This document shows, piece after piece, positions 1-12,340 of a stretch of DNA of 64,000 nucleotides. The position numbers were made by a program, and so were the translations under genes. The first letter of the stretch is position 1; the number at the start of each line of letters is the position of its first letter. This stretch comes from Prorocentrum cordatum (Eukaryota), in the NCBI GenBank assembly GCA_963575745.1, contig CAUYUJ010000237.1, forward strand, positions 372,001-436,000. The letters run 5' to 3'. A model generated the notes under the pieces. The model did not search any database and was not told the origin of the DNA. It saw only the letters and a list, made by a program, of their open reading frames with translations.

Positions 1-1299
1 CAACATATTGACATTATCGACGTACGGGGCCATGGCAGGGGCCAAGGGATGCAAAGTCGCTGGCCGCTGACGGTCCCCAACCAAGGTCGTCGGCAGCTGG
101 TGGTGCTCAAGCGCCTGCCGCATCACGTCGCTGATCGTCTCGTTGCAGAAGTAGAGCGCCCAGCTCCAGCCCATGGCCATGCCCAGGAAGCAGGCCTCGA
201 GACGTTCGTGAGCGTCCACCTGGGAGCGGCCACCGGCCCGCTCGTCATACACCTCGGTGAGAGTCGTTCCGAAGTCGGTGGCGATCTCGGCCGCCGTGCT
301 GATGAAGCCCAGGCCGAAGTAGCTGGCCATGGTCTCGCACTTGAACTGGTAGAACCCGTCGGTCAGGTCCACACTGAACCCGCACAGCTCGGTGTCGCCG
401 CCGCCCGCGGCCGGCGTCACCGAGACGCCGGCTGCCCTCAGCTCAGCCCCCTCGATCGCCACGGCCTCCGGCGAAGTCGAAAGCCGGGCGAGGGCGCTGG
501 GCGCGGCCAGCCGCGAGAGCGGCGGCCGCTTGCAGAGCTTGTTGGTCCACCGCGCGTCGAGCACCAGCCGGAGCATGTTGTTCTTCTTCTTGACGAAGAA
601 GCACCCAACCCGACTGTGGACCCGACGCCGCCAGGTGAGCAGACCGCTGCCCGACAAGGCCGACAAAAACACAATCATGTTGTGCCGTGACCCTTTGAGA
701 ACCGGGTCCCAGTACGGCTTGCCTCTAAGGGCTCCGCTGTCCACGTCGGCGGCGAGCTCGGCGTCCGACTTCAAAATGTGGGTGGCTGGGTCGAGGATGA
801 ACTCGGCAGCCGTCGCTGAAGTAATGGATGATACTTCCTTCGGCTGCAGGTCGCCCCGAGCCACACGGAGTCGAGAGATATCATAGGTGCCCAGCGCGGC
901 ACCGCCAGTCAAGGTGCACAAGTCATCTGAGTGGAGGATGTCGGACAGCGCGGCCGACTCGCTCTCCAGCGGCAGATCCTGAAGCACGGGATCCAGGGCC
1001 GCGGAGGCGCGCTGCAAGGCCCGGCGCTGCCAGGCCGAGCACGCATCGAAATCGAGTTCACTGCCACGAAGCCCATGAAGAAGTGGACGTCGAGGCTGCG
1101 CCCGAGACAGGCTGGAGAGGGCCACGGCGTAGTCGCCGAGGAGCCGCTCCCGCAAGGGCGTGCCCTGCACCAGCCTCGAGATCGGCTGCCGAGGCAGCGG
1201 AGACTCCGCCCCCGCCAAACGGACAGGGAACGGTAGCGTGTCCCGAAGAGAAAGGGCCGCCGGACGTTGGGACCACACGCCGGCGGGACCGCAGCACGG
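1..1299 (-). CDS. Reverse transcriptase (pol), partial, running off the window
   Basis: Not in the ORF track because there is no stop in the window. Manual translation of the minus frame gives RDTLPFP (~1245), KPYWDPVL, FFVKKKNNMLRLVLDARWTN (541-600), GFSVDLTDGFYQF (~345-380), GMAMGWSWALYFC (~145-185) and APYVDNVNML (1-30). The frame stays open upstream into the gag 3' end, so the start is undefined. Confidence 0.92.
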
Positions 1300-1301
1300 C
1301 G

Positions 1302-2453
1302 TTAGCCGTCGCCGTCCTTGCCGTGCTTCTTCTTGTCCTTTTCCTTCCGCTTGGCCTCGAGCTCCTCCCGGAGCAGCCTGTTCTGCTTGAGGATGCGGGC
1401 CTCGACCTCGGCCTGCTGCGCGAAGTAGGTCGTGAACTGCTGCGTCGCCACTCCCCCCTTCTCGTCCTGGTTGTGCTCGATCATCTTGTGCAGGCCGTCG
1501 AAGCACGGGGACTTCGGATTGACCTTCACCGCCCGCTCGATCATCACGATCCGTCGGGCCGCCAGCTCCAGCGAGCCGCAGTTGGTTGGATCGAGCCCGT
1601 CGTACCCGACCGCCAGCCCCAGGATCTGCAGCAGCATCCGGTGCTCCCAGGCGACGGCGCTCTCCGCGTGCACCCCGGACTCGCGGACCCAGTGCACGTG
1701 GCACGTCGCCGTCGAGAGCCCAAGCGCGTGGATGCCCTGGAGCAGCTCGACGACCGCGCGTGGCCCCGGGTGGGGCCACGACGGCATCTTGGTGAGCTCG
1801 GCGGGCCTGAAGTTCTGCATGGCCAGGCCGAGCGGCTGGGCACCAGCAGCAGCGTCGTGCGACGCCGAGGACGCCAGCCGAGGGTCCCGGCCTGCGCCTG
1901 AGTGCTTGTCCACCAGCCACGCGCCCACCTCGCTGTTCGGCACGAGCTCGACGGCCAGCCAGCGCCCCGGCTGGCCAACCAGCGCCAGCCCGACTGAACC
2001 TCGCTTCACCCCCGTCGCCGCACCCTCGACGACGTCGGCCGCCACCTCCTCGCCGAACTCGACCGCTGAGGTGTCGGCCACGCGCCAGCTGGTCTGGGGC
2101 ATGGTGCCCCCAGTCGGTGCCGCACCTCCAGTCAGCACGGCCGCCAACCGCGCCGCCTGTGCGTGCAGCGACGCCAGGCGCTCGGGCAACGTAGGGTCGC
2201 ACATCCTGACGTCGCCCGCCTGGGCGTCCCCGACGCGGGCACCCGGAGCCAGCGTCACCAGCGTCCGCCCGGCCAAGTCGACGCTCTCGATCCCCTCGTC
2301 CGGGAAGCACGCGACCCACACGGCCTCGCGCAGCCGCCGCAGCAGCACCAGGTGGTGCCACGTGTGCGTCGCGTGCGCGTCGTCCCGCAGCAGGATCTGC
2401 GGCTCCTCGACCGCGAGCGCCCGCTCTGCACCGCCGAAGCCTGCCATGGCCAT
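1302..2453 (-). CDS. gag-like ORF of element 1 (383 aa)
   Basis: Intact ORF with GC-rich third positions, directly upstream of RT, ending in a charged basic tail (REELEAKRKEKDKKKHGK). The gag assignment is positional. Confidence 0.8.
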   Translation of the reverse strand: MAMAGFGGAERALAVEEPQILLRDDAHATHTWHHLVLLRRLREAVWVACFPDEGIESVDLAGRTLVTLAPGARVGDAQAGDVRMCDPTLPERLASLHAQAARLAAVLTGGAAPTGGTMPQTSWRVADTSAVEFGEEVAADVVEGAATGVKRGSVGLALVGQPGRWLAVELVPNSEVGAWLVDKHSGAGRDPRLASSASHDAAAGAQPLGLAMQNFRPAELTKMPSWPHPGPRAVVELLQGIHALGLSTATCHVHWVRESGVHAESAVAWEHRMLLQILGLAVGYDGLDPTNCGSLELAARRIVMIERAVKVNPKSPCFDGLHKMIEHNQDEKGGVATQQFTTYFAQQAEVEARILKQNRLLREELEAKRKEKDKKKHGKDGDG

Positions 2454-2455
2454 CC

Positions 2456-2860
2456 TCAGCGCCGAACCTCACTAGCGGCGAGCGCTGCCAGCACGGCGGG
2501 CGTTGCCGCCGCCGCCGGGGCGTCCCGCCGGGCCGGCGGAGAGGACGGCTTCGCAGCCGCGCGGCCGCCCCCGGCTCCACAGCACCCGGCCGCCAGCAGC
2601 GCGAGGCAGCTGGACGCAACGCCCAGCACCAGGCACGCGCAGGCGAGCGCGACGCAGGCGAGGCGGTACCACTCCAGGTCCCCGCGCGCCTGCAGGAGCT
2701 CGCGAAGCTCCTCGTCGCACGAGCAGGCCAGCTCGTGCGACGGCGCCGGTGGTTCCACCGGCGGCGCCACAGGCGCGATGGGCCAGACCGATTGCAGCAA
2801 CCACGCGGTCGCGGCCACAAAGGCGGTGGCCCAGGGGAGCTGGTCGGAGTGCATTGGCAT
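2456..2860 (-). CDS. Small predicted membrane protein (~134 aa) at the 5' end of element 1
   Basis: ATG at 2860. Hydrophobic segments WATAFVAATAWLLQSVW and LACVALACACLVLGVASSCLALLAAG. Its TGA lies 2 nt before the gag ATG (TGA-GG-ATG). Confidence 0.6.
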   Translation of the reverse strand: MPMHSDQLPWATAFVAATAWLLQSVWPIAPVAPPVEPPAPSHELACSCDEELRELLQARGDLEWYRLACVALACACLVLGVASSCLALLAAGCCGAGGGRAAAKPSSPPARRDAPAAAATPAVLAALAASEVRR

Positions 2861-2924
2861 GAACCACAACGCCTTCGGAACCAACCCCTCCCACTGCAGA
2901 TAAGACGCGTACAACTGGCAATAC

Positions 2925-3302
2925 ACACATACCTGTATGCACAACATTACATTGGATTACAGTAAAGTACACTACATGACATTACATGACATTGCATTAC
3001 GTTACGTTACGCTACCTTACACTACATTGCACTACAACACATCGCATCACATTCCATTACATGTACATATACATGTACATGTACATGTACATGTACATCC
3101 ACCTCACATTACATTACATTGCATACATACACATGCATACAAACGTGCATGCATACATACATACATACATACATGCGTACATATCAACAGACAGACAGGC
3201 AGACAGACATACACATATACATGCATGCATACATACCTACATACATACATACATACCTACATACATACATACATACTTACGTACATACGTACGTACATAC
3301 AT
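2925..3302. repeat. (TACAT)n/(CATA)n degenerate microsatellite
   Basis: Directly visible. Confidence 0.95.
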
Positions 3303-4190
3303 GCCACCAGGCTGTAGGCCGAAGGTTCGCAGTTTCCCGTACCAGTTGCAGCTTCCAGTTTCCACTGTTACAAATCTGCTTATTGCTGCTTACTGTTCCT
3401 TGTTGATGGACCGCGCGAACGGGGGGAGGCCCAAACGGGCAGGTTTAGCACGCCCTGAGCGTGTTGTCTGAATGGCTGTGGTGGGTAAAAATTGACACCC
3501 CTCACGCAGATCGGCGGGGTCAGGAACCAAAAACACATGGGATTTGCCACATTTCTGAAATTCGGTAGCACCCCTCACGCAGATCGGCGGGGTCAGTGTC
3601 CAAAAACATACCGGATTTGCCACATTTCTCAAATTTGATGGCACCCCTCATGCAGATCGGCGGGGTCAGGGTCCAAAAACACAAGGGATTTGCCACATTT
3701 CTGAAATTTGGTGGCACCCCTCCCTATGATCGGCGGGGTCAGGGTCCGAAAACACATGGGATTTGCCACATTTCTGAAATTCGGTGGCACCCCTCAAGCG
3801 GATCGACAGGGTCAGGGTCCAAAAACATACAGGATTTGCCACATTTCTGAAATTCGGTGGCACCCCTCATGCCGATCGGCGGGGTCAGGGTCCAAAAACA
3901 CATGGGATTTGCCACATTTCTGAAATTTGGTAGCACCCCTCCCTATGACCGGCGGGTCAGGGTCCGAAAACCTAAGGGATTCTCAACATTTCTGAAATTC
4001 GGTGGCACCCCTCAAGCGGATCGACAGGGTCAGGGTCCAAAAAAACACAAGAGATTTGCCACATTTCTGAAATTCGGCGGCACCCCTCACACAGATCCGT
4101 AGGGTCCGGGTCCAAAAACACATGGAATTTGCCACATTTCTGAAATCCGGCGACACCCCTCACGCAGATCCGCAGGGTCAGGGTCGAAAA
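3303..4190 (+). repeat. Dispersed repeat head (gccaccaggctgtaggccg...) followed by a 73-bp minisatellite
   Basis: Unit gatttgccacatttctgaaattcggtggcacccctcacgcagatcggcggggtcagggtccaaaaacacatgg, about 9 copies from ~3495. The same head plus array recurs at 11041-11490. Confidence 0.93.
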
Positions 4191-7100
4191 ACAAACAGGT
4201 CGGGACACTGCTTCACGGCGGCGCCCAGACCTCTTGATTTGAAGGGGCCCCAGGACACACAAATAAATACACACAAATAAAAACATTCCCCATATTTTCC
4301 TATATTTTCTGGGTTTCTGTCTTCCCCCCACTTCCCATATTTTCCCATATTTTCTGAGGAATCGACGATTGATTGTGTCTGTGTGTTTTTTTCCATCCTG
4401 ATGATTTGACTTTCGTATCTCCCATCATCCGAGACAGGGGGCCGACGGCATTGGGCGAAGCCCTCACGGATACACAGATGTTATGGGCTCTTGCGCGTGT
4501 GTGCGTTGGAATGACCAGGCCCTGGCGCCGGTCCGACCGGGTCGTGACCGCCCGTCGCCGCCGTCGCCCATGGGCCCCGGTGTCGGTCGGCTCGCCCGTC
4601 GCCGCCCGTCGCCGCGCTGCTTTGCATTGCATTGCTTTGCATCGCACTGCATCGCTTTGCATTTATCTGCGTTGCTGTGCGTTGCTTTGCATTGCGTTGC
4701 ATTGCTTTGCATTGCTTCGCAGCGCTCTGCATCGCACCGCATCGAACTGCATTGCTTTGCATTGCTTTGCACTGCTTCGCGTTGCGCTGCACTGCTTCGA
4801 ATTGCTTCGCATTGCTTTACATCGCACTGTATCGCACTAAATCGTTTCACATTGACTGCCATTGCTTTTGCATTGCTTTGCATTGCTGTGTATTGCTTGG
4901 CATTGCTTGGCAGTGCTCGGCATTGCTTTGCATTGTTGTGTACTGCGTTTCATTGCTTTGCGCCACATTGATTGCACAACATCAAACGGATTGCACAAAC
5001 TAAATCGCACATCTTTGATTGCACCACCGAGATTGCATCGCACATGTTGCAATGAATCACTGTTTGAGGCATCCGCGCTTGCTCTCATGTGTACATTACA
5101 TACATACACATACATGCATGCATGCATACATACATGCATGCATGTATGCATACATACATACAACATACACACATACATACATACATGCGTATTAGCTTCA
5201 TCTCGCGCTTCGCGCGCGCTCAAGTTCTAGCAAGGCTGGATGGTCGAACTTTTTGGGATGTCTAATTTATGATACGTCTTCTCTGGGGCTTCCAGGAAAC
5301 ACGAAGACGGCCCAAGTGGCTTCTAAGACTTCCTATGGCCCACCCACGGCGGCCTAAGAGACGCCCAAGAGGCACTTCGGGTGCCCGTCTATTCGCCGCG
5401 GCTGCACGCGGCCCGAGCCAGGAGAGGAAAAAGGGAGGTGAGGGGGTTCCCTGGGGAAGGAGGAGGAGGAGGAGGAGGAGGAGTTGGAGAAGGTGGAGGA
5501 GGCCGCAGAGGAGGAGCAGGAGGAGGAGGAAGAGGAGGAGGAGGAACAAATATATTTCCTTTTTTTCCAAGCGTGGCCAGGCTGCCAAACTTGAAAAAAG
5601 GGAATGTTGAAATGTATGTTTTTTCAAATGCCTTCGGGGCCTCTTTTGGGAGGGCGCGCCGCTGGATCTCCCCAAGGGGGGGGGGGGGTTGGGAACCCCT
5701 CCCCCCCCCGCCCCGTTTCCTCGATCCGTCGTCGGGGACCCCCCCCTCCCCCCCTTCCCCGATCCGTCGTCGGACCCCCCCCCCCTCTCCCGCCCTTGCC
5801 TGGTCCGTCGTCGGGAACCCCCACCTCCCCTCTCCCCCCTTTTAAAAAAAAGGGGGGGGGTCCGGACCCCCCCCCCCCCTCGGCCCCTTTGGCCGCACCC
5901 CCCCCTTTCGCCACGCCGCCCCTTGACTCCGGAACCCGACCCTCGCCACCCCCAACCCTAGTCCTCACCCTAACCCAAAACCCGAACCCGAACCCCAACC
6001 CCTAACCCCAGACCCAAAGAGTACTCACTACTCATTACTCACTACTCACTACCCGCTACTGACTACTCGCTACTCACTACTCACTTCTCACTACCCCCTA
6101 TTCACTACTCACGACTCACTACTCACTATCCACTACTCACCACCCACTACCCACTATTGCTACTCACTACTCCCTACTCACTACTCCCTCCTCCCTACTC
6201 ACTACTCACTACTCACTCCTCACTACCCACTGCTCAATACTCACTACTCACTAATCGAAAACATACAGGATTTGCCACATTTCTCAAATTTGGTGGCACC
6301 CCTCATGCAGATCGGCGGGGTCAGGGTCCAAAAACACAAGGGATTTGCCACATTTCTGAAATTTGGTGGCACCCCTCCCTATGATCGGCGGGGTCAGGGT
6401 CCGAAAACACATGGGATTTGCCACATTTCTGAAATTCGGTGGCACCCCTCAAGCGGATCGACAGGGTCAGGGTCCAAAAACATACAGGATTTGCCACATT
6501 TCTGAAATTCGGTGGCACCCCTCATGCCGATCGGCGGGGTCAGGGTCCAAAAACACATGGGATTTGCCACATTTCTGAAATTTGGTAGCACCCCTCCCTA
6601 TGACCGGCGGGTCAGGGTCCGAAAACTTAAGGGATTCTCAACATTTCTGAAATTCGGTGGCACCCCTCAAGCGGATCGACAGGGTCAGGGTCCAAAAAAA
6701 CACAAGAGATTTGCCACATTTCTGAAATTCGGCGGCACCCCTCACACAGATCCGTAGGGTCCGGGTCCAAAAACACATGGAATTTGCCACATTTCTGAAA
6801 TCCGGCGACACCCCTCACGCAGATCCGCAGGGTCAGGGTCGAAAAACAAACAGGTCGGGACACTGCTTCACGGCGGCGCCCAGACCTCTTGATTTGAAGG
6901 GGCCCCAGGACACACAAATAAATACACACAAATAAAAACATTCCCCATATTTTCCTATATTTTCTGGGTTTCTGTCTTCCCCCCCACTTCCCATATTTTC
7001 CCATATTTTCTGAGGAATCGACGATTAATTGTGTCTGTGTGTTTTTTGTCCATCCTGATGATTTGACTTTCGTATCTCCCATCATCCGAGACAGGGGGCC

Positions 7101-8907
7101 GACGGCATTGGGCGAAGCCCTCACGGATACACAGATGTTATGGGCTCTTGCGCGTGTGTGCGTTGGAATGACCAGGCCCTGGCGCCGGTCCGACCGGGTC
7201 GTGACCGCCCGTCGCCGCCGTCGCCCATGGGCCCCGGTGTCGGTCGGCTCGCCCGTCGCCGCCCGTCGCCGCGCTGCTTTGCATTGCATTGCTTTGCATC
7301 GCACTGCATCGCTTTGAATTTATCTGCATTGCTGTGCGTTGCTTTGCATTGCGTTGCATTGCTTTGCATTGCTTCGCAGCGCTCTGCATCGCACCGCATC
7401 GAACTGCATTGCTTTGCATTGCTTTGCACTGCTTCGCGTTGCGCTGCACTGCTTCGAATTGCTTCGCATTGCTTTACATCGCACTGTATCGCACTAAATC
7501 GTTTCACATTGACTGCCATTGCTTTTGCATTGCTTTGCATTGCTGTGTATTGCTTGGCATTGCTTGGCAGTGCTCGGCATTGCTTTGCATTGTTGTGTAC
7601 TGCGTTTCATTGCTTTGCGCCACCTTGATTGCACAACATCAAACGGATTGCACAAACTAAATCGCACATCTTTGATTGCACCACCGAGATTGCATCGCAC
7701 ATGTTGCAATGAATCACTGTTTGAGGCATCCGCGCTTGCTCTCATGTGTACACTACATACATACACATACATGCATGCATGCATACATACATGCATGCAT
7801 GTATGCATACATACATACAACATACACACATACATACATACATGCGTATTAGCTTCATCTCGCGCTTCGCGCGCGCTCAAGTTCTAGCAAGGCTGGATGG
7901 TCGAACTCTTTGGGATGTCTAATTTATGATACGTCTTCTCTGGGGCTTCCAGGAAACACGAAGACGGCCCAAGTGGCTTCTAAGACTTCCTATGGCCCAC
8001 CCACGGCGGCCTAAGAGACGCCCAAGAGGCACTTCGGGTGCCCGTCTATTCGCCGCGGCTGCACGCGGCCCGAGCCAGGAGAGGAAAAAGGGAGGTGAGG
8101 GGGTTCCCTGGGGAAGGAGGAGGAGGAGGAGGAGGAGGAGGAGTTGGAGAAGGTGGAGGAGGCCGCAGAGGAGGAGCAGGAGGAGGAGGAAGAGGAGGAG
8201 GAGGAACAAATATATTTCCTTTTTTTCCAAGCGTGGCCAGGCTGCCAAACTTGAAAAAAGGGAATGTTGAAATGTATGTTTTTTCAAATGCCTTCGGGGC
8301 CTCTTTTGGGAGGGCGCGCCGCTGGATCTCCCCAAGGGGGGGGGCGGGGTTGGGAAACCCTCCCCCCCCCGCCCCGTTTCCTCGATCCGTCGTCGGGGAC
8401 CCCCCCTCCCCCCCTTCCGATCCGTCGTCGGACCCCCCCCCTCCCGCCCTTGCCTGGTCCGTCGTCGGGAACCCCCATCTCCCCTCTCCCCCTTTTAAAA
8501 AAAGGGGGGGGTCTGGACCCCCCCCCCCTCGGCCCCTTTGGCCGCACCCCCCCCCTTTCGCCACGCCGCCCCTTGACTCCGGAACCCGACCCTCGCCACC
8601 CCCAACCCTAGTCCTCACCCTAACCCAAAACCCGAACCCGAACCCCAACCCCTAACCCCAGACCCAAAGAGTACTCACTACTCATTACTCACTACTCACT
8701 ACCCGCTACTGACTACTCGCTACTCACTACTCACTTCTCACTACCCCCTATTCACTATTCACGACTCACTACTCACTATCCACTACTCACTACCCACTAC
8801 CCACTATTCGCTACTCACTACTCCTTACTCACTACTCCCTCCTCCCCAATCACTACTCACTACTCACTCCTCACTACCCACTGCTCAATACTCACTACTC
8901 ACTAATC
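3603..8907 (+). repeat. Tandem duplication of a ~2.65-kb block (3603-6257 and 6258-8907)
   Basis: Near-identical copies at offset ~2655. The junction ctaatcg|aaaacatac at 6257/6258 joins the CTACTCA satellite to the 73-mer. Confidence 0.95.
4618..5190. repeat. (GCATT/GCTTT)n pentamer repeat then (CATA)n; second copy at 7275-7845
   Basis: Directly visible. Confidence 0.92.
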
Positions 8908-9650
8908 GCTACTCACTACTCCCTACTGACTACTCACAAAACACTACTCATTACCCACTAACCACAATCAGCTACGCACTACTCACTACTCACTACTCAC
9001 TCTCATTGCCTACAATTCACTACTCACTACCCACTACTCGCTACTCGCTACTCCCTACTCGCTGCGCAATACGCACTACTCACTCACCACTACTCACTAC
9101 TCACTACTCACTACTCACTACTCACTACTCCGTACTCACTAGTCACTAGTCTCTCACTAGTCACTAGTCACTACTCACTAGTCACTAGCCACTACCCACT
9201 ACTCATTACTCACTAATCGCTACTCACTACCCAACACTCGCCACCCACTTCCTACTACTCACTGATCACGACTCACTACTCCATACTCCCTACTCCCTAC
9301 TCACTACTCACTACTCACTACGCACTACCCACTACTCACTACTCACTAATCACTACTCGCCACCCTCTACTCACTACCCACTACTCACTACCCACCACTC
9401 ATTACTCCCTACTCCCTACTCAGTACTCACTACTCGCTACTCGATACTCACTATTCACTACTCACTACTCGCTACTCACTACTCACTTATCAGTACACAC
9501 AACTCACTATTCACTACTCACTACTCCTCACTCTCTACTCCCGCTTCCCTACTCGCCACGCACTACCCCCTACTCGCTACCCAATACTCACTACTCATTA
9601 CGCACCAACTCACTACTCACTACTCCCGACCCCCAACTCCGTACTCCCTA
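8672..9650. repeat. (CTACTCA)n heptamer satellite; shorter copy at 6022-6257
   Basis: Directly visible, with strong strand asymmetry (almost no G). Confidence 0.95.
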
Positions 9651-9939
9651 CACACCTTCTCCGGCGCAGAAAGGAAAAGCGAGAGAGGCCCCCTCCCCGG
9701 CTCCCTTTCCGGCCCAGAGGGGAGGGGGGGTCCGAACCCCGTCCCCTTTCCAGCGCCAAGGGGGGGATGGGGAGGGGGGGTCCGGAACCCCCCCCCCCTT
9801 TTCAACGGAGGGGGGGAGGGGGGAGGGGGGGGGGTCGAAAATCTCCCCCCCCACCCCCCTTTGAAGGGGGGGAGCGGGGGGGGGTTCTGCGAGCACACCC
9901 CTCCTTTTCAATTACAGGGTAATCCAGTGGCGCGCTTTC

Positions 9940-11020
9940 CTCTTTTGGGGCTCGTTGTAGTTTTTGGGGGGCTTTTTGGGGGCCTCTTGAAGCCTCCTGG
10001 GGGTCTCCTGGAGCGAAGACCTTAGGTTCTCGGCTCACATTCCCGATCCTGGGCCGCGGTTGGGGCCCTCTCGGGCCGTCTTGGACGCCACTTCGGCCGT
10101 TTTGGGGTCGTCCTGGGGCCGTCTCAAGGCGCTTTTCAAGCCTATTGCCCGTCTCGGGGCTATCCTCGGGACCTCTTGAGGCGTCTTGTAGCCTCGGTAA
10201 GAGGAACAGACGGAAACGCCAAAATTTGTTGAAAACCAATGTGAAATGCATGTTGTTGAGCCTCTTCGAGCTCTCTTGGGAGACCTCTTGGAAGCCTCTT
10301 AGGTATATTGAAGGGCCTCTTGGGCCGTCTGGAAGCCGTCTTGAGAGTCTTGGACCGTGTAGTGTGGCCTTCGGCCCATCCCGCCACCGTGCCTGGCTTG
10401 TAGGTTAGAGGCCTCTTGGAACTTCGTTTGGATATCGTGGGAGGTCTCTCGGGGGCCTCCTGGAGGCAAGTTTGGAGACCTCTTGGGAAACGTCTGGGAG
10501 CCTCTGGGGCATCTTTTTGGGTACCTTTTTGAGCCTCGTGGGGCCTCTAGGGGACGTTTTGGGCTCTCTTGGGGGCCTCTTGGGGCCTCCAGGGGGCTTC
10601 CTGGGGTGAAGGGCTCGAATTGTCCGTTCGTGTCCCCCCTCTTGGGCCCCTCTTGGGGCCGTCTGGAGGCCCTCTTGGGTGATATTAGGCGCCTCTTGGG
10701 CCGTTTTGTGGCCCTCTTGGACCGTCTTGGGGTCCTCTTTGGGGTCTCTTGGGCCGTCTTGGGGCGGTCTTGGGGGCCTCTGGGGCCATCTTGGAGCGTC
10801 GGAAGCCAATAACGCGAGAACGCGAACAACATTGAAAACACACAATGGAAATCATTGATGTGTGCCTCTTTGGGCCTTTTTGGGGGTCCTCTTCGAACGC
10901 TCTTGGAGCTTTTCGGGGGCCTCTTGGGCCGACTTGAGGGCCGAAGAGGCCCCCAAGGGGTCTCCAAGACGGCCCAGGAGGCATACAAGAAGGCCTCCAG
11001 ACGGCCCTAAGATACCAAAA
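9940..11020. repeat. Degenerate ~11-bp periodic repeat (GGGCCTCTTGG / CCAAGAGGCCC)
   Basis: CTTG/CAAG cores recur every ~10-11 nt. Also at 12910-13435, 16350-16800, 22610-23050, 40600-40720, 48330-48470 and 59020-59380. Confidence 0.85.
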
Positions 11021-11040
11021 TCCGCTGGCCCACTTATAGC

Positions 11041-11490
11041 GCCACCAGGCTGTAGGCCGGAGGTTCGCAGTTTCCTGTACCAATTGCAGCTTCCAGTTTC
11101 CACTGTTACAGTTCTGCTTCTTGCTGCTTACTGTTCCTTGTTGACTTCTTGCTGCTTACTGTTCCTTGTTGATGGACCGCGCGAGGGGGGGAGGCCCAAA
11201 ACGGGCATTTTCAACACGCCCAAATCGTGTTGTCTGACTTGCTGGGGTGGATAAAAATTTACACCCCTCACGCAGATCGGCGGGGTCAGGGTCCAAAAGC
11301 ACAGGGGATGTGCCACATTTCTAAAATTCGGCAGCAACCCTCACGCAAATCGGCGGGGTCAGGCTCCAAAAACACACGGGATTCGCCACATTTCTGAAAT
11401 TCGGCATGTGCAACTGTTCTGAAATCCGGTGGCAGCCCTCGCGCAGATCACCGGGGTCAGGGTCCAAAAACACAAGGGATTTGCCACACT
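11041..11490 (+). repeat. Second copy of the head plus 73-bp minisatellite repeat
   Basis: Homologous to 3303-3700. Confidence 0.9.
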
Positions 11491-11524
11491 CATATACATA
11501 TATATATATATATATGTTTATATA

Positions 11525-11563
<39 letters not shown>

Positions 11564-12340
11564 TACATATATATACATATATTTTACATTTAATACATTA
11601 TATATATTATATATATATATATGATATTGATATGAAATGTATATGTATATATATATATATATATATATAGTAATAATTCGCCGGCCCAGCGGACCAGGGC
11701 GTGCTAAGATCTCCGGTAACAGGTAAACAGTATTTCTAGTTCGCGCGCGCAGGGCGGCCCCTGGGGGTCCCCGAGCGAAAAGTACCCCGGGCGATCCCCG
11801 GCAAATCCCCGGCAGACTAGGGGTCAGAGATGCCGGAATTCTGTTTCGGAGCCCAAGAGGGCTCCAGATCGCCCCAAGAGGGGCCCGCTGGGCTCGCTTA
11901 GGCAGTCTTGAAGCCCCGTCGTGGCTCTCCTGGAACCGTCTGGGGCGGTCCTGGGCCATCCTTTGGGCTCTCCTGGGGCCGTCTTGGGACGATTTTTGGG
12001 CGGTCTTTGGGGCCCTCTTGGGGGCGAGTCTTGGGCCTCTTCGGCAGTATTTGGGAGCGGTTTGGGAGACTTCTTTGGCGGCCTTTATATATATATATAA
12101 ATTACATACACATACATATATTATATATATATATATATATAATATATATATAATATATATATATAGGAGGAAATTGAAAATTCGTGGAAGGATAGTGGCG
12201 CGACTCGTGAGAGGCTCGGGGGAGGGGTTTGTTAATAAATATATATATTTTTATATATAGATATATATATATATATATATATTAATATATATATTATTAC
12301 AGATATATATATTATTTTCATTTATATTATATATTATATG
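11491..12340. repeat. (TA)n tracts (11491-11670, 12085-12340) flanking GC-rich repeat fragments
   Basis: Directly visible. A ~240-bp segment just downstream is duplicated (12361-12590 vs 12744-12971). Confidence 0.9.

Larger units (their letters stand above)
1..2905 (-). mobile_element. 5' part of a DIRS-like retrotransposon (element 1), truncated by the window edge
   Basis: Three tightly packed minus-strand ORFs: small ORF, gag-like ORF and an RT ORF in another frame. The DIRS-like class is inferred from RT motif style; RNase H and YR would lie outside the window. The boundary near 2905 is approximate, where microsatellite begins. Confidence 0.8.

Noticed and set aside
49..2475. Plus-strand ORFs 49-690, 828-1901 and 1432-2475
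   Set aside because: Antisense shadows of the GC-rich minus-strand gag and RT.
3495..4190. 73-bp array (also the 41-, 63- and ~100-bp arrays) as CRISPR
   Set aside because: Whole units repeat with no unique spacers, there are no cas genes, and the context is eukaryotic.
5950..6016. Telomeric repeat
   Set aside because: Short, highly degenerate CCCTAA/CCCGAA units, interstitial and part of a duplicated block.
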